A stretch of DNA of 64,000 bases, taken from the IMG/VR virus record IMGVR_UViG_3300006880_000001, positions 32,001 to 96,000 of that record; one strand, written 5' to 3'. The notes under the pieces were generated by a model. That model worked only from the letters and a program-made list of their open reading frames with translations. It was not told where the DNA came from and did not search any database. Both the position numbers and the translations under genes were made by a program. Origin of the DNA: a virus. Positions 17,274 to 27,559 of this stretch are shown here, piece by piece (position 1 is the first letter of the stretch; each line of letters begins with the position of its first letter).

Positions 17274-20098
17274 ATGAGCTCGAGCGTCACGAGGACGTTG
17301 GTCTGCGCCGTGCCCGGGAGCGCCGACTTGGTGACCTGCATCGAGAGCAGGTCACCCGCGGCGAACGAGATGGAGGCCGAGGCCGACGAGCCGCTCGACG
17401 CTGTGTGGGCGACGGTCAGCACGAGACCGGTCGAGGCGCCGTTCTTCCGCATGGTGTAGACCGTGTTGCCGGCGCCGACGCCGGCCGTGCAGTGCATGCG
17501 CAGATTGCGGATGATGCAGGCGCGGGGGATGTTGAGCTGGATCTCGGTGGTGCCGACCAACGCCTGGCCGAAGCCCGGCGCCATGAAGCGCGCGGCGGTC
17601 ACCGCGGCGTCCGTGTCGACGGTGCCGAAGGTGACGGGGAAGCCGCCGACGGAAGCCCAGCCAGTGTTGTTGGCGGCGGCCTCCTTCGTCCAGAGGACCG
17701 TCGCTTGGCCGCCGCTCGAGTTGACGAGGGCGGAACCGATCGGAGCGGTGACGTTGTTCTGCGGACCCGCAGCGAGCGCCATGAGGGCGATCTGTCGCCC
17801 CAGACCGGCGTTGCCGCCTGCGGTGACGCCCACGGACGCGCCAACAACGACGCCGGTCGGGAAGCCGATGAGCGCGTTCGCGGTACCACCGGTGACCTGG
17901 ATGCTGCCCGCGTTGCCGGAGGTGGTGGTCCAGATCCGGGCCGGTACCGGGGTCCCATCCGCCTGGTTGGTGAGGAGGATCGAACCGCCGCCCCTACCAC
18001 CCGCCAGCGTCGTCGTTGCGGCGTCGCCGACTTCCTTGCTCGACACGTTCAGGATGTCGGAGACGTTGCCGGTGCCGCTGGTGGAGCCGACGGCCATGCC
18101 GAGCGTGGCAGCCGCGGTGCCGCCAACGACCTGCACGCGAGAGCCGAGACCACACCGGTTCGACGTGATGCGTAGCTGGCCGCCGCTGTTGGAGGCGACG
18201 GCGGTCGTGAGGACACCGTTGATGCGGTTGATGACGTCGACGAGGGCCTGGTCGGCCGCCGTGAAGACGATCGACTGATTTGTCGTCGCGTCGATGTTGA
18301 CCGTGAGCGCCTCACCACCGACGAAGCCGGTCGGGTAGGTACCGGCGACGCCAGTGCGCTGCGCCTGCGTACAGCTGAAGGTGATGGTCTGCGGCGCGCC
18401 GCCATTGACGGCGACGGTCAGGGTGTCGCCATTGGTCATGACGTACGGCATCGGAAGCGTAGAGACCACGGCCCCCGTGTTGTCGGCGGGGACCTCGATG
18501 CCGGCGTTGGTGATGACGCCGAGGTTGTGTTGGGCGATCCGCGAGCCGAAGATCGGCTCCGTCGTACCTCGCGTCCATCGTGCGATCGAGAACGCGTTGA
18601 TGACCATGCAACCGCTGACGGTCGAGTTGCTGATCGATCCGGGGGACGCCGAGAAGTTGACGCAGGTCAGCAGATTCAGTCCGCCGGTCAACGCCATGGA
18701 CCCACGCACCGTCTGGTGGTCGCCGAGACCTTCGATGGCGCGCAGGTTGAAGCCGACCGCGGTGTTGACGGCGGTAGGGGTCATCCGTGCGATGCACCCC
18801 GCGACCAGTACCTCGTACGCCGATTCGATGACGAAGCCGGTCGGGCCACGCGTGGAGTCGGCGATGCTGTTGCTGACGTGCACCTTCGACGGCAACGTGG
18901 ACCCGCCCACGCCGAAGATGTACACCGGCGTGACGTCGACGGCGGAGGCCGCGACGATGTAGCGGGCGATGTTGGCGGTGTAGGTCAGGCCCTCGATGTA
19001 GCGGAAGAGCTTGACCTGTGGGCGGCCGGTGCCGAGATCCGGATCGACGTTGCCTTCGACATCGCGCACGAAGACGTTGCCGATCATGTCGACGTTCTGC
19101 AGGTTCAGGGCGTCGACCGACCCGCGAATGACGTTGCTGGCGATCACCGATCGCTTGTGCGAGGTGGCGCCCGGACCGTCTCCGGTGAACGTACAGCTCA
19201 GCGCCGAGTTCGAGACGTTGTGGGTCTGGTTACAGTGGATGTTGAATTCGAAGTTGCCCACCAGACCCGTCGGCTCGAAGTCGATCTCCTGGTCGTGGGG
19301 GCCGCTCAGCCAGTTGTGCGAGATGATGATCCGCCCCGTCGCGCGCTGGATGCCGATGCCCGAACGCGAGCTCACGCAGTCGAGCGCGTTGGCGACGATG
19401 CGGACGTTGGTGACCTCTTTGGCCGACTCGCCGAGGATCTGGATGCCATCGCCGGGCTGCCCGAAGAACCAGCAGCCGACGACCTCGACGTCCGTCGGGC
19501 CGACCGCGTCGGAGGCCGCGCCGCGGATGCGGATGATGTGGTCCTGCTCGGAAATGTTGGTGAGGCTGAGGCCATCGAACCCGAGGTTGTAGAAGCGGAT
19601 CCGCTTCGAGCCGCCGTGGACATAGAAGAGGTAGTAATCCTGGAGGCCGGACGAGCCGGTCATGAGCAACTTCGAGGCAGGACCGTCACCCAAGAAGAAG
19701 ATGTCGGTGACGCCGTTGAGCTCGAAGTTCCACACGTTGGGCGGGGCGGGGCGCTGGAATGCGTAGTTCCCCGGGGGGAAGTAGAGGATGCCGCCACCAG
19801 CAGCCGACATCGTCGCGATCGCCGTCTTCGCCATCGCGTCGTTGTTCGTTACGCCATCGCGCACGAAGCCGAAGTCGCGGACCGCGTTGTACACGCGTAG
19901 GTTGTGCAGGTTCTGGATCGTCCAGCCGGAGGTTGGCGTGCTGGTCTTGAGCCACGTGCGCGGCAGGACCGTGGACGTATCGATACCGATGGAACCCACC
20001 GTCGCCGCGTACGGAGCGGTATCGTACGACGTCGCTTGCTGTGCTGCGTCGATCAGGTTGACCCGCAGCTTCTGGGTGCCGAAGACGCCGGCCGTCAT
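17270..20098 (-). CDS. spike/receptor-binding protein, right-handed beta-helix (pectate-lyase-like)
   Basis: VRDFGFVRDGVTNN..GGGILYFPPGNY, repeated Asn-ladder strands; 942 aa. Confidence 0.85.
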   Translation of the reverse strand: MTAGVFGTQKLRVNLIDAAQQATSYDTAPYAATVGSIGIDTSTVLPRTWLKTSTPTSGWTIQNLHNLRVYNAVRDFGFVRDGVTNNDAMAKTAIATMSAAGGGILYFPPGNYAFQRPAPPNVWNFELNGVTDIFFLGDGPASKLLMTGSSGLQDYYLFYVHGGSKRIRFYNLGFDGLSLTNISEQDHIIRIRGAASDAVGPTDVEVVGCWFFGQPGDGIQILGESAKEVTNVRIVANALDCVSSRSGIGIQRATGRIIISHNWLSGPHDQEIDFEPTGLVGNFEFNIHCNQTHNVSNSALSCTFTGDGPGATSHKRSVIASNVIRGSVDALNLQNVDMIGNVFVRDVEGNVDPDLGTGRPQVKLFRYIEGLTYTANIARYIVAASAVDVTPVYIFGVGGSTLPSKVHVSNSIADSTRGPTGFVIESAYEVLVAGCIARMTPTAVNTAVGFNLRAIEGLGDHQTVRGSMALTGGLNLLTCVNFSASPGSISNSTVSGCMVINAFSIARWTRGTTEPIFGSRIAQHNLGVITNAGIEVPADNTGAVVSTLPMPYVMTNGDTLTVAVNGGAPQTITFSCTQAQRTGVAGTYPTGFVGGEALTVNIDATTNQSIVFTAADQALVDVINRINGVLTTAVASNSGGQLRITSNRCGLGSRVQVVGGTAAATLGMAVGSTSGTGNVSDILNVSSKEVGDAATTTLAGGRGGGSILLTNQADGTPVPARIWTTTSGNAGSIQVTGGTANALIGFPTGVVVGASVGVTAGGNAGLGRQIALMALAAGPQNNVTAPIGSALVNSSGGQATVLWTKEAAANNTGWASVGGFPVTFGTVDTDAAVTAARFMAPGFGQALVGTTEIQLNIPRACIIRNLRMHCTAGVGAGNTVYTMRKNGASTGLVLTVAHTASSGSSASASISFAAGDLLSMQVTKSALPGTAQTNVLVTLELI

Positions 20099-22245
20099 CA
20101 GATCAGCTCCACGGTAGCCGTCACGTTCGTCTGCCCCGCGGTGACCGCGCCCGACTTCGTGATGCTGATGGAGAGCAGGTCTCCAGCGACCACCGTGAAG
20201 GTGTGGGTCGTGTCCACGGCGTTGCCGGTGGCGGTGTTGCCAAGGGTCGTCAGGAGCGTGGTGTCCACGCCGTTCTTGCGGACGGTGTACGTGACGGTCG
20301 CGGCGTCGGTGCCAGCACCGGTCACGTGGACGCGCAGGTTGCGGACCGTCCCCGGGCGAGGGAGATTGATCTGGAGCTCGGTGGCGCCGGCGGTCGCCGT
20401 GGTGAAGCCGGGCGCGAAGTACAGCGCCGTCGCGACCGTGCCGGCGTCGCCGATGCCGAAGACGACCGGTCCACCGCCACAGGGGACCCAGCCTGCGGCG
20501 CCGGTGCCGGTCTCCTTGTAGTAGAACGCGGTGTCCTGGCCACCGTCACGGCGGGCGTATAGCGACCCGACGCGGGCGGTGACGACGCCTTCGGGCGAAC
20601 CGTTGCCGGTGCGGTACGTGGTGCCGACCGCCGACGCGTTGAGGCCGATGTACGGGAATACGGTGGTGCCGACCTCGGAGTAGTCGGCCGTCGCGGCGTC
20701 CCACAGGTTGGTGGCGTCCATCAGCTGGCCAGTGGTGAGCGAACCACCACCGGCGTCCTCGTAGCGGATGCCGACGTCGATCTGGTCGGCCTGGTTGTCG
20801 ACCATCTGCACGTTGACGATGTTGGCGCCATTGCAGAGGAGGCGAATGGCCGATCGGAACGTACCCGCGGCCGCCGTCATCTGGTTGCCGACGAGCTGGA
20901 CGCCGTCGACGGCGGCGTTGACCGCCTGAACGTCGATGGCGTCGACCGCGGTGGCGCCCGCGTTCGAGCTCCGGCAGATGTTGTCGCCGACCGACACGTT
21001 GATCGGGTCGAGCAGGTAGATGAACGGCGCGGCCGTGACCTCCTGCACGAGGGTGTTGTTGCCGCAGCGGACGATCGTCGGCTGGATGGCATCCGCGAGC
21101 TCCATCGAGAAGCACGCACCGACACCGGCACCGCTCGTGCGGACCCAGACGTTGCCCGAGAAGGCCAGATGGCTCACTCGACGCGTCACGCGCCAGGAGG
21201 CGTCGGTGCTGGCGTAGACACCGCTGGTCTGAACATTGCCGACGAAGGTGGAGTCCGCGACGTTCGTGATCTCGACGAAGCCGTTCAGGATGACGTTGTT
21301 GTTGAACGCCATCGCGTTGATGCGATCGGTGTCGTGGCCGACGAGGGACACCGCACGCCGCTCGGTGGCGTGGGTGTGGATGATCTCGTTGCCGGTGATG
21401 ACGACGTCCTGCGTCACCCCCGCCGCGGTCGAGACGAAGGCGATCTCGCGCTCGCAGCCGGTCAGGTAGCTGTCGCAGACCCAGAGGTTCGACACGCCCT
21501 GCTCGACGCCGACGCCATAGCGGGCGATCGACTCGAAGACCGAGTCGAGGACCCACACGCGCTGCACCAGGTTGCCAGCTGCGCCGAAGAGGTGGAGGCC
21601 GTCGCCCGCGTTCGCGACTGTGTTTTGGAAGCGGCAGCGGAAGAACTGGATCTCCGTCGGAGAGCCGGTACCGTCGCCGATCTCGACCAGGTGGTTCTGC
21701 CGCGACGCCGCCGGGTTCGAGAGCCCGCTACCGTCGAAGGTCACATCCTCGAATCGGATCTTTGACGCGTTGCCGCGGATCCGGAAGAGGCTCCACGCTG
21801 CCGCACCGGCGTTGCCGCTCTGCTTGAAGACGGTCGCGCTGCCCTGCCCGACGATGATGACGTTGGCCATCGCGTTCATGTCGATGGAGTACGGATTGGC
21901 TCCGTCCTTCGACATGAGGTACGTCCCGCGCGGGGCGTAGACGACCCCGCCGCCGGCCGCGTTGCAGGCGATGATGGCGTTGTTGATCGGGACGCGGTCG
22001 TCGGCGACGCCGTCGCCGGCGGCACCGTAGTCGCGGACCGAGTACCAGTGGAACGATTGGTTCAGGATCGTCCACGCGGTGTTGCCCGCTGCGGTCTTCT
22101 GGTAGGCACCCGGCGTCCCCTCGCGGCTGTACAACGAGCCGATGACGGCGGACACGCCACCCCCCGCCGTCGGATCCCCAGGCTGGCTGAGGATGTCGAC
22201 GAGGTTGAGGCGGATCTTGATGGCGCCAGCGTAGCCTGCCGTCAT
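20098..22245 (-). CDS. second beta-helix spike protein
   Basis: SVRDYGAAGDGVADD..GGGVVYAPRGTY; C-terminal domain shared with 17270-20098. Confidence 0.85.
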   Translation of the reverse strand: MTAGYAGAIKIRLNLVDILSQPGDPTAGGGVSAVIGSLYSREGTPGAYQKTAAGNTAWTILNQSFHWYSVRDYGAAGDGVADDRVPINNAIIACNAAGGGVVYAPRGTYLMSKDGANPYSIDMNAMANVIIVGQGSATVFKQSGNAGAAAWSLFRIRGNASKIRFEDVTFDGSGLSNPAASRQNHLVEIGDGTGSPTEIQFFRCRFQNTVANAGDGLHLFGAAGNLVQRVWVLDSVFESIARYGVGVEQGVSNLWVCDSYLTGCEREIAFVSTAAGVTQDVVITGNEIIHTHATERRAVSLVGHDTDRINAMAFNNNVILNGFVEITNVADSTFVGNVQTSGVYASTDASWRVTRRVSHLAFSGNVWVRTSGAGVGACFSMELADAIQPTIVRCGNNTLVQEVTAAPFIYLLDPINVSVGDNICRSSNAGATAVDAIDVQAVNAAVDGVQLVGNQMTAAAGTFRSAIRLLCNGANIVNVQMVDNQADQIDVGIRYEDAGGGSLTTGQLMDATNLWDAATADYSEVGTTVFPYIGLNASAVGTTYRTGNGSPEGVVTARVGSLYARRDGGQDTAFYYKETGTGAAGWVPCGGGPVVFGIGDAGTVATALYFAPGFTTATAGATELQINLPRPGTVRNLRVHVTGAGTDAATVTYTVRKNGVDTTLLTTLGNTATGNAVDTTHTFTVVAGDLLSISITKSGAVTAGQTNVTATVELI

Positions 22246-22257
22246 GGGCGGGGTCCT

Positions 22258-23259
22258 TTACAGCTGCAGGGGGATGTAGATCCCAGGGTTGCCGTCGCTT
22301 CCGGTGAGACCACCACCGCCTCCACCCGCACCGCCCGCGCCGCCGAGCACCGTCGGCGTACTCCCCGAGAAGGCGTGGAAGCCGATGATGATGACCCCGC
22401 CACCGCCACCGCCGCCGCCGCCGATGCCCGCCGCGGCCAGCGTGGCCCCTGCGCCGCCGTTCGCCGAGATGGTTCCGTTGTTGACGACCTCGCGAGCGAA
22501 GATGAATATGCCACCTGCACCCGAACCGCCACCGCGCCCCGCCGTCCCGCCATCGCCACCACCGGCACCACCGCCTGCTCCCGGTTGAAGCTGGATGAGG
22601 CCTGCCGTGGAGAAGTAGTTGCCGACGCCCCCCGAGATGGGATTCCGCACCGTACCGCGGTTGGCCACCGCGGCCGTGACCGTACCGCCGCCGCCCGCGG
22701 TGCCGCCGGATCCCGCGCCACCGGCGCCTCCCGAGCCCGTGAAGCCCGGGATGCATTCGGTGCGGTTGGTGCCGGCGTTGCCATTGGTGGCGGTTCCGTT
22801 ACCGCCAGCCCCCGACGAACTGCCCCAGACCGCCGCGGTGACCGCGCCGCCTCCCGACGATCCGGACGCGTTCACGCCGTTCGTGCGGATGATGCCACCA
22901 ACATCGACCGTGAGCGTGCCGCGCACCCAGATGCGGCAACCCCCTGGTTGCAGGATCTGTCCGGCGGGGACCGTCAGATTCGTGTAGTAGGTATCGCGTG
23001 TGAGCGTGACGGTGCCCGCAACGGTGAGCGCACCGTCGGAGCCGTCGCCGAAGAGGTCCCGTGGTGTGAGGGGAACCCAGGCGGTGTCCGCGGATCCCAC
23101 CTTCTGCCAGATCAGGCTCGTCGATGTCTGGTAGTAGAAGGAGCCAAGAGCCGCGACGACACCACCGCCGCTCGAGGGATCCGCGGCGCCGGGTTGCAGA
23201 GTCGGCGAGGTCGCAGCACCGCCCAGGGAGACCACGTCAGAGGCGAAGGGAAGGCTCAT
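22258..23259 (-). CDS. Gly-rich fibre/spike protein
   Basis: FGDGSDGALTV and GGGGGGG tracts typical of viral fibre proteins. Confidence 0.75.
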   Translation of the reverse strand: MSLPFASDVVSLGGAATSPTLQPGAADPSSGGGVVAALGSFYYQTSTSLIWQKVGSADTAWVPLTPRDLFGDGSDGALTVAGTVTLTRDTYYTNLTVPAGQILQPGGCRIWVRGTLTVDVGGIIRTNGVNASGSSGGGAVTAAVWGSSSGAGGNGTATNGNAGTNRTECIPGFTGSGGAGGAGSGGTAGGGGTVTAAVANRGTVRNPISGGVGNYFSTAGLIQLQPGAGGGAGGGDGGTAGRGGGSGAGGIFIFAREVVNNGTISANGGAGATLAAAGIGGGGGGGGGVIIIGFHAFSGSTPTVLGGAGGAGGGGGGLTGSDGNPGIYIPLQL

Positions 23260-23819
23260 GTCGGATCCTCCACCCGGATGTCGAACACATGGCCCGAGAC
23301 GAGGCTGGTTGTGGTCTGCACCCGGAACTGCGTGGTGGTGCGATCGCCAGCTACCGCATCGGGAAGCGAGTAGCCGATGACGGTGGCGCCGCCCGCCTGT
23401 GTCATCTGGATGCGGTAGGCGTCGCTGGCGCGCGCGGCGGGGAGGGTGATGAAGAAGTCGCTACCCTCGGCTCCCGACGCCGAGTAGCGGAAGACCTGAG
23501 CCGTACCCGACCCGCCGCCGGCCGAGCCGCCGATGGACACGAACGGCCGCGGAATGAGGAAGGTGGTTGCCTCGGCGCCGAAGACGCGGAGTTCGCTGTG
23601 GAGGATCTCGAGCCAGACATCGACGCTCAGGATCCCACCCGTGGTGTTCGTGACGGTGACCTGGGTGGCGTCGGCGGTGGCGGTGAAGCCCGCCGTATCG
23701 AAGAAGATCCGGTCCGGGATCAACGCGACGGCGTTGACGTTCAGACTGTGCGGGAGCGACGCGTTTCCGCCGCCCGCGACGTTCGCGAACGACAAAACCT
23801 GATGAAGGCGGTTTGCCAT
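23256..23819 (-). CDS. putative structural protein
   Basis: C-terminal domain paralogous to 23833-24444 (EGxDFxxTLP...VAGDRTxTQFRV). Confidence 0.7.
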   Translation of the reverse strand: MANRLHQVLSFANVAGGGNASLPHSLNVNAVALIPDRIFFDTAGFTATADATQVTVTNTTGGILSVDVWLEILHSELRVFGAEATTFLIPRPFVSIGGSAGGGSGTAQVFRYSASGAEGSDFFITLPAARASDAYRIQMTQAGGATVIGYSLPDAVAGDRTTTQFRVQTTTSLVSGHVFDIRVEDPT

Positions 23820-23832
23820 GGACGATCTCCCA

Positions 23833-24444
23833 TCAGGTCCTGGTGGCGAGCATGAAGTCGATCTTGTCGCCGGCGGACGGCGCGAGGCTCGTCAGGACCC
23901 GGAACTGCGTCGGCGTTCGATCTCCGGCGACGAGGTCCGGGCATTCGACGGTGTACTGGGCGATCTGCTGACCCGCCTGGCCGGGGATCACGACGTAGTT
24001 GTCGTTGAGCTCGGCGACCGGGAGGGTGACGATGAAGTCGGTGCCCTCGATACCGGTAGCGGTGTACGTGAAGGCCTGGTAGCCGGCGACGCCGCCGCCG
24101 CTGCCGCTGCCGCCGGCGACGATGAACGGCTGCGGCGTCAGCGCCTTGAAGAGCGTGTCGGGCGTGCCGCCCGTCGCTCCGAAGTTGCGGATGAACGTGT
24201 GCCAGTGCCAGAGGAGGACGTTGCACGACCCGACCCCCGCGCCGTTGTTGCGGACGGTGATCGACGTGGTCGTGATGTTGGTGACCGAGAAGCTGCCGTT
24301 GTCGAGGAAGAGCTGGTCCGCCGCGATGGGGATCGTTCCCGCCGGATCCGCCGCGGTGTACAGGAGCCCCTGGACATCCGTGACCGTCGATGTGGCGCCG
24401 GGACCGATCGTGTTGAACGCGATGATTCGGAGCAGACGGTCCAT
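23833..24444 (-). CDS. putative structural protein
   Basis: Paralog of 23256-23819; first gene of spike operon. Confidence 0.7.
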   Translation of the reverse strand: MDRLLRIIAFNTIGPGATSTVTDVQGLLYTAADPAGTIPIAADQLFLDNGSFSVTNITTTSITVRNNGAGVGSCNVLLWHWHTFIRNFGATGGTPDTLFKALTPQPFIVAGGSGSGGGVAGYQAFTYTATGIEGTDFIVTLPVAELNDNYVVIPGQAGQQIAQYTVECPDLVAGDRTPTQFRVLTSLAPSAGDKIDFMLATRT

Positions 24445-24514
24445 GCGCTAACCCCTTCTTTTCGCGGGCGCTCGGGTGGCGTGTGGCATCACCAGGCCTG
24501 GGGCCAGTGTAGGG

Positions 24515-24530
24515 GATCGCACCTTCGATC
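24515..24530. promoter_or_regulatory. class B motif
   Basis: GATCGCACCTTCGATC; TACACT follows on minus strand. Confidence 0.8.
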
Positions 24531-24585
24531 TCAACGACCACGCATCGCCGTGCCCTACGCGTGGGTGTGTTAGGATGGAGCGGCC

Positions 24586-24921
24586 ATGGCCGCCAAGACC
24601 ATCGACCTCTCACACGAGGGTGCCGCCGTTCTGATCTTCGTGCAGCCAGGCTGCGGCGCGTGCGACGACTTCGTCCCCATCCTCGCCCCACGCGCGCAGG
24701 CCTACCGCATGGCCGGCCTGAAGGTGATCCTGCTCAACCTAGCGAGCGCCGACGCGGCGATCCAGGCGGCTGCGGACCAGTACCAGGTCCGGGCAACGCC
24801 GACCACCATCGTGGTGCGTCGCGGCGCAGCGCCCCTTCGGATCGAAGGAGCCGTCGACGCCCGGTCCGTCGATCATATCCTCTCCGAGGCGTACCGCTGG
24901 CACAACCACACGCGGCCGTGA
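24586..24921 (+). CDS. thioredoxin-fold protein
   Basis: F.QPGCGAC active site and YQVRATPT cis-Pro loop. Confidence 0.85.
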   Translation: MAAKTIDLSHEGAAVLIFVQPGCGACDDFVPILAPRAQAYRMAGLKVILLNLASADAAIQAAADQYQVRATPTTIVVRRGAAPLRIEGAVDARSVDHILSEAYRWHNHTRP

Positions 24922-24923
24922 CC

Positions 24924-25895
24924 CTAGAGGACGTTGCCGTCCTCGTCGATATCGATGACGCGTCGGCCGGGACGACGGGCGCCTGCGTAGGCTCCGGCGC
25001 TGCGATCGGTCCACCACGCCCAGGCCCGCCAGCCGCCGTAGAGGGCGAGGCCCGCCAGGGCGACGTAGCCCACGGTGGTCAGGGTGTTCGTCGGAGCCAC
25101 CTGGCCGGGCGCCTGCGGATCCGGCACCAGGCGATCGCAGGCCTTGGCGCACGCGTCGCCGCGCGAGCCCGTGGCGATGCATTGCTCGAGGCAGCTCGTC
25201 GCCGTCTTGTAGGCTGCGTTCAGCTGCGTGGTGTAGTTCGCCGAGACCTTGGCGCTGTTCTCGGAGATCTTCATCTCCGCGTACCAGCCGTAGAGGCGCA
25301 CCGCCGCGAGGACGCCGAGGACGACGAACAGGCCGACGATGACGATGGTCAGCGGGCCGAGGCCGAGCTCGCCCGTCTGGGTGAGCCGTGTCGTGAGCTC
25401 CGCCAGCGAAGGCGCCTTCGCCTGGAGGAAGTTCTGGTCGGTGGTGAGGACCTTGACGTCAGCGGACGAGACGAAGCGGTTCGCGGCCGAGGCCGGCTGC
25501 GTCGCCTCCCGGAGTGCACCCAGGAGCTGCGGCGCCGTGTCGTCGTTGAACATGGCACCCGCGAGGCTGCCTGCAGTCGCACCGCTGCCACAGTCGAAGA
25601 GGATGGCCTTCTCGCCAGGGACACCCTTCCAGGCGAACAGGGTCGGCGCCGGGACGCTCTCCGGGAGCCCCGCGACGTTCTGGGCGCGCAGCTGCGCGAG
25701 CATCCCGCGCTGCGTCTCGTAGATGGAGATCGCGAAGAGGTTGTAGGCCTTGAGCTGTGCGCAGGTAGCCCGGCCCGCTCCGAGGAGCAGGGTGATGTGC
25801 TTCGCCATCACCCGAAGGTTCTCGCGGGTTTGGTCGATGTAGGCCGTCGTCCGCTTGAGGCTCTCTGCCTGCTCGGAGGTGAGCTGGTCCGCCAT
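24924..25895 (-). CDS. two-TM virion membrane protein with CX3C...CX3C
   Basis: Leaderless start MADQLTSEQ; GELGLG before TM1; CLEQC...CAKAC. Confidence 0.7.
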   Translation of the reverse strand: MADQLTSEQAESLKRTTAYIDQTRENLRVMAKHITLLLGAGRATCAQLKAYNLFAISIYETQRGMLAQLRAQNVAGLPESVPAPTLFAWKGVPGEKAILFDCGSGATAGSLAGAMFNDDTAPQLLGALREATQPASAANRFVSSADVKVLTTDQNFLQAKAPSLAELTTRLTQTGELGLGPLTIVIVGLFVVLGVLAAVRLYGWYAEMKISENSAKVSANYTTQLNAAYKTATSCLEQCIATGSRGDACAKACDRLVPDPQAPGQVAPTNTLTTVGYVALAGLALYGGWRAWAWWTDRSAGAYAGARRPGRRVIDIDEDGNVL

Positions 25896-25913
25896 GCTTC
25901 GACGGTACCACGC

Positions 25914-25929
25914 GATCCCACCTTCGATC
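25914..25929. promoter_or_regulatory. class B motif
   Basis: GATCCCACCTTCGATC; TGGTACCGT-N6-ATG on minus strand. Confidence 0.75.
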
Positions 25930-25993
25930 CACGGTCCCTGTTCCGTGGGGCACTTACCAGGGACCGTCACCCCGCCATGGTACTCGTAGGACG

Positions 25994-26545
25994 ATGACTC
26001 ATGACTATCAGACGCGGCGCGAAGTCGTTTACACCGGCCAGGACGACTTCACGGGCACCCCCTGCCGGGTGATCTACCTCAGCGAGTGGCACGGACCTAA
26101 CCGACGCCACAACGCGGTCATCGTCGAACGCCAAGACGGCGCCGATGCCATGGGCGTCGCGCGCTGGCGCGTCGTCGACGACGTCGGCATCTACACCCGT
26201 ATGGCAGCCGCAGCGTGCGTGGCTGCATTCTTCGGCACGGCGGCCGCTAAGCCCCCGGACACGTCGACCCCGACGCCGGCACCCATCGCAGACACCGCGC
26301 CCACCGCCTATGACGAGGAGGATGTCGCCCGCGCGCTCGCGAGGTGCGTCCCGATCGGATCGTACGGCGCGACGATCCTTGGCGAGGCGGGGCCGATCGT
26401 GGAGCCGAGCATCCACGAGGTGGATACCCGGAAGCTCACGGTCCACGAGATGGAAACCCGTAAAGTCGTGGTCGACTTCGATCTCCTCCAGGACGCGTCG
26501 GAAGACGAGACGTCCTTTCAGGATGTCGCGCCGGAACAGCGCTAA
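25994..26545 (+). CDS. hypothetical protein
   Basis: Class A motif at 25966. Confidence 0.6.
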   Translation: MTHDYQTRREVVYTGQDDFTGTPCRVIYLSEWHGPNRRHNAVIVERQDGADAMGVARWRVVDDVGIYTRMAAAACVAAFFGTAAAKPPDTSTPTPAPIADTAPTAYDEEDVARALARCVPIGSYGATILGEAGPIVEPSIHEVDTRKLTVHEMETRKVVVDFDLLQDASEDETSFQDVAPEQR

Positions 26546-26574
26546 CCGTCACCCCGGTGTGCTACCACGCCGGG

Positions 26575-26997
26575 ATGGCCGAGCCCCCAAAGCTATATCA
26601 GGTCTATCGTCCCGTCGCGACCTACCTCTGCCAGACCTTCGCCCGCTGCAACTGTCCTGCGACGGCGCTGAAGCGTCCACCCCGCTGGCGGTGGGGCTTG
26701 CCGAACCTCCTCACCGAGAGCGTCTGGGTCACCTCGCCGACGGTCACCGACGCCCTACCCACCGACTGGCAGGCGGCGCTGGTCGGGATGGCGATCCTCG
26801 ACGACCGCATCGACCGGACGTTGGTCGGGCTCTACGCCGGCTCAGGCCTCTCCCAGGAGAGCCTCCAACAGCTGATCCAGGGGTGGGTCCGGGAGCGCGG
26901 GTTGAAAGGAGCCGAAGACGCGCAGGCCCAGGCGGTCATCCTCAGCTACGTCATGGAGGTCACGCGAGACCAATTCCTGGCCGCACGGCATCGCTGA
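26575..26997 (+). CDS. hypothetical protein
   Basis: Class A motif at 26548; MAEPPKLYQV. Confidence 0.6.
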   Translation: MAEPPKLYQVYRPVATYLCQTFARCNCPATALKRPPRWRWGLPNLLTESVWVTSPTVTDALPTDWQAALVGMAILDDRIDRTLVGLYAGSGLSQESLQQLIQGWVRERGLKGAEDAQAQAVILSYVMEVTRDQFLAARHR

Positions 26998-27042
26998 AGA
27001 CCATTTGCGGAAGGTCATTTCGCGTGGTACCGTCCGGCTACC

Positions 27043-27555
27043 ATGCGCACGATGACCTGTCTGGCCGGCCTCCTGCTCCTCGTGGGCTGTGCGGTGGACG
27101 AGCCCTGTGTGTACGACGAGACCCGCGCCGAGATGACCTGTGTTGACACCGACGCGACCGTCTCAGATGATGGGATCATGCGTTGGTGGCAGACGATGTT
27201 CGCCAAGATCACCCCCTACCTGGGGGTCTCCGGGACGTACAAGGTCGAGGGCTACGCCATCGCGCAGGCCTGCGCCGGGCAGCAGCGCTCCTACCTGAGC
27301 GGTACCTTCACCACCCAGTTCACGCTTGATGCGGCGGGCGGCATCTCCCCGTCCAGCTTCTCGCTGAACCGGACGCTCACGAGGCCGCCCGCGGCCCTCG
27401 TGGTCTACATGGAGTCGAGCGGCAAGCAGTACCGCTTCGACTTCGTGGACAACTGTGGCGGGAAGCTTCGCGGGTCGTGGATCGCGGAGTTCGTCGACCC
27501 CGCGACCGGCTTGACCTGCTGGCACTTCGGACACGCCACCGCGACCCGCCACTGA
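27043..27555 (+). CDS. putative lipoprotein
   Basis: LAGLLLLVGC lipobox. Confidence 0.7.
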   Translation: MRTMTCLAGLLLLVGCAVDEPCVYDETRAEMTCVDTDATVSDDGIMRWWQTMFAKITPYLGVSGTYKVEGYAIAQACAGQQRSYLSGTFTTQFTLDAAGGISPSSFSLNRTLTRPPAALVVYMESSGKQYRFDFVDNCGGKLRGSWIAEFVDPATGLTCWHFGHATATRH

Positions 27556-27559
27556 CGAG

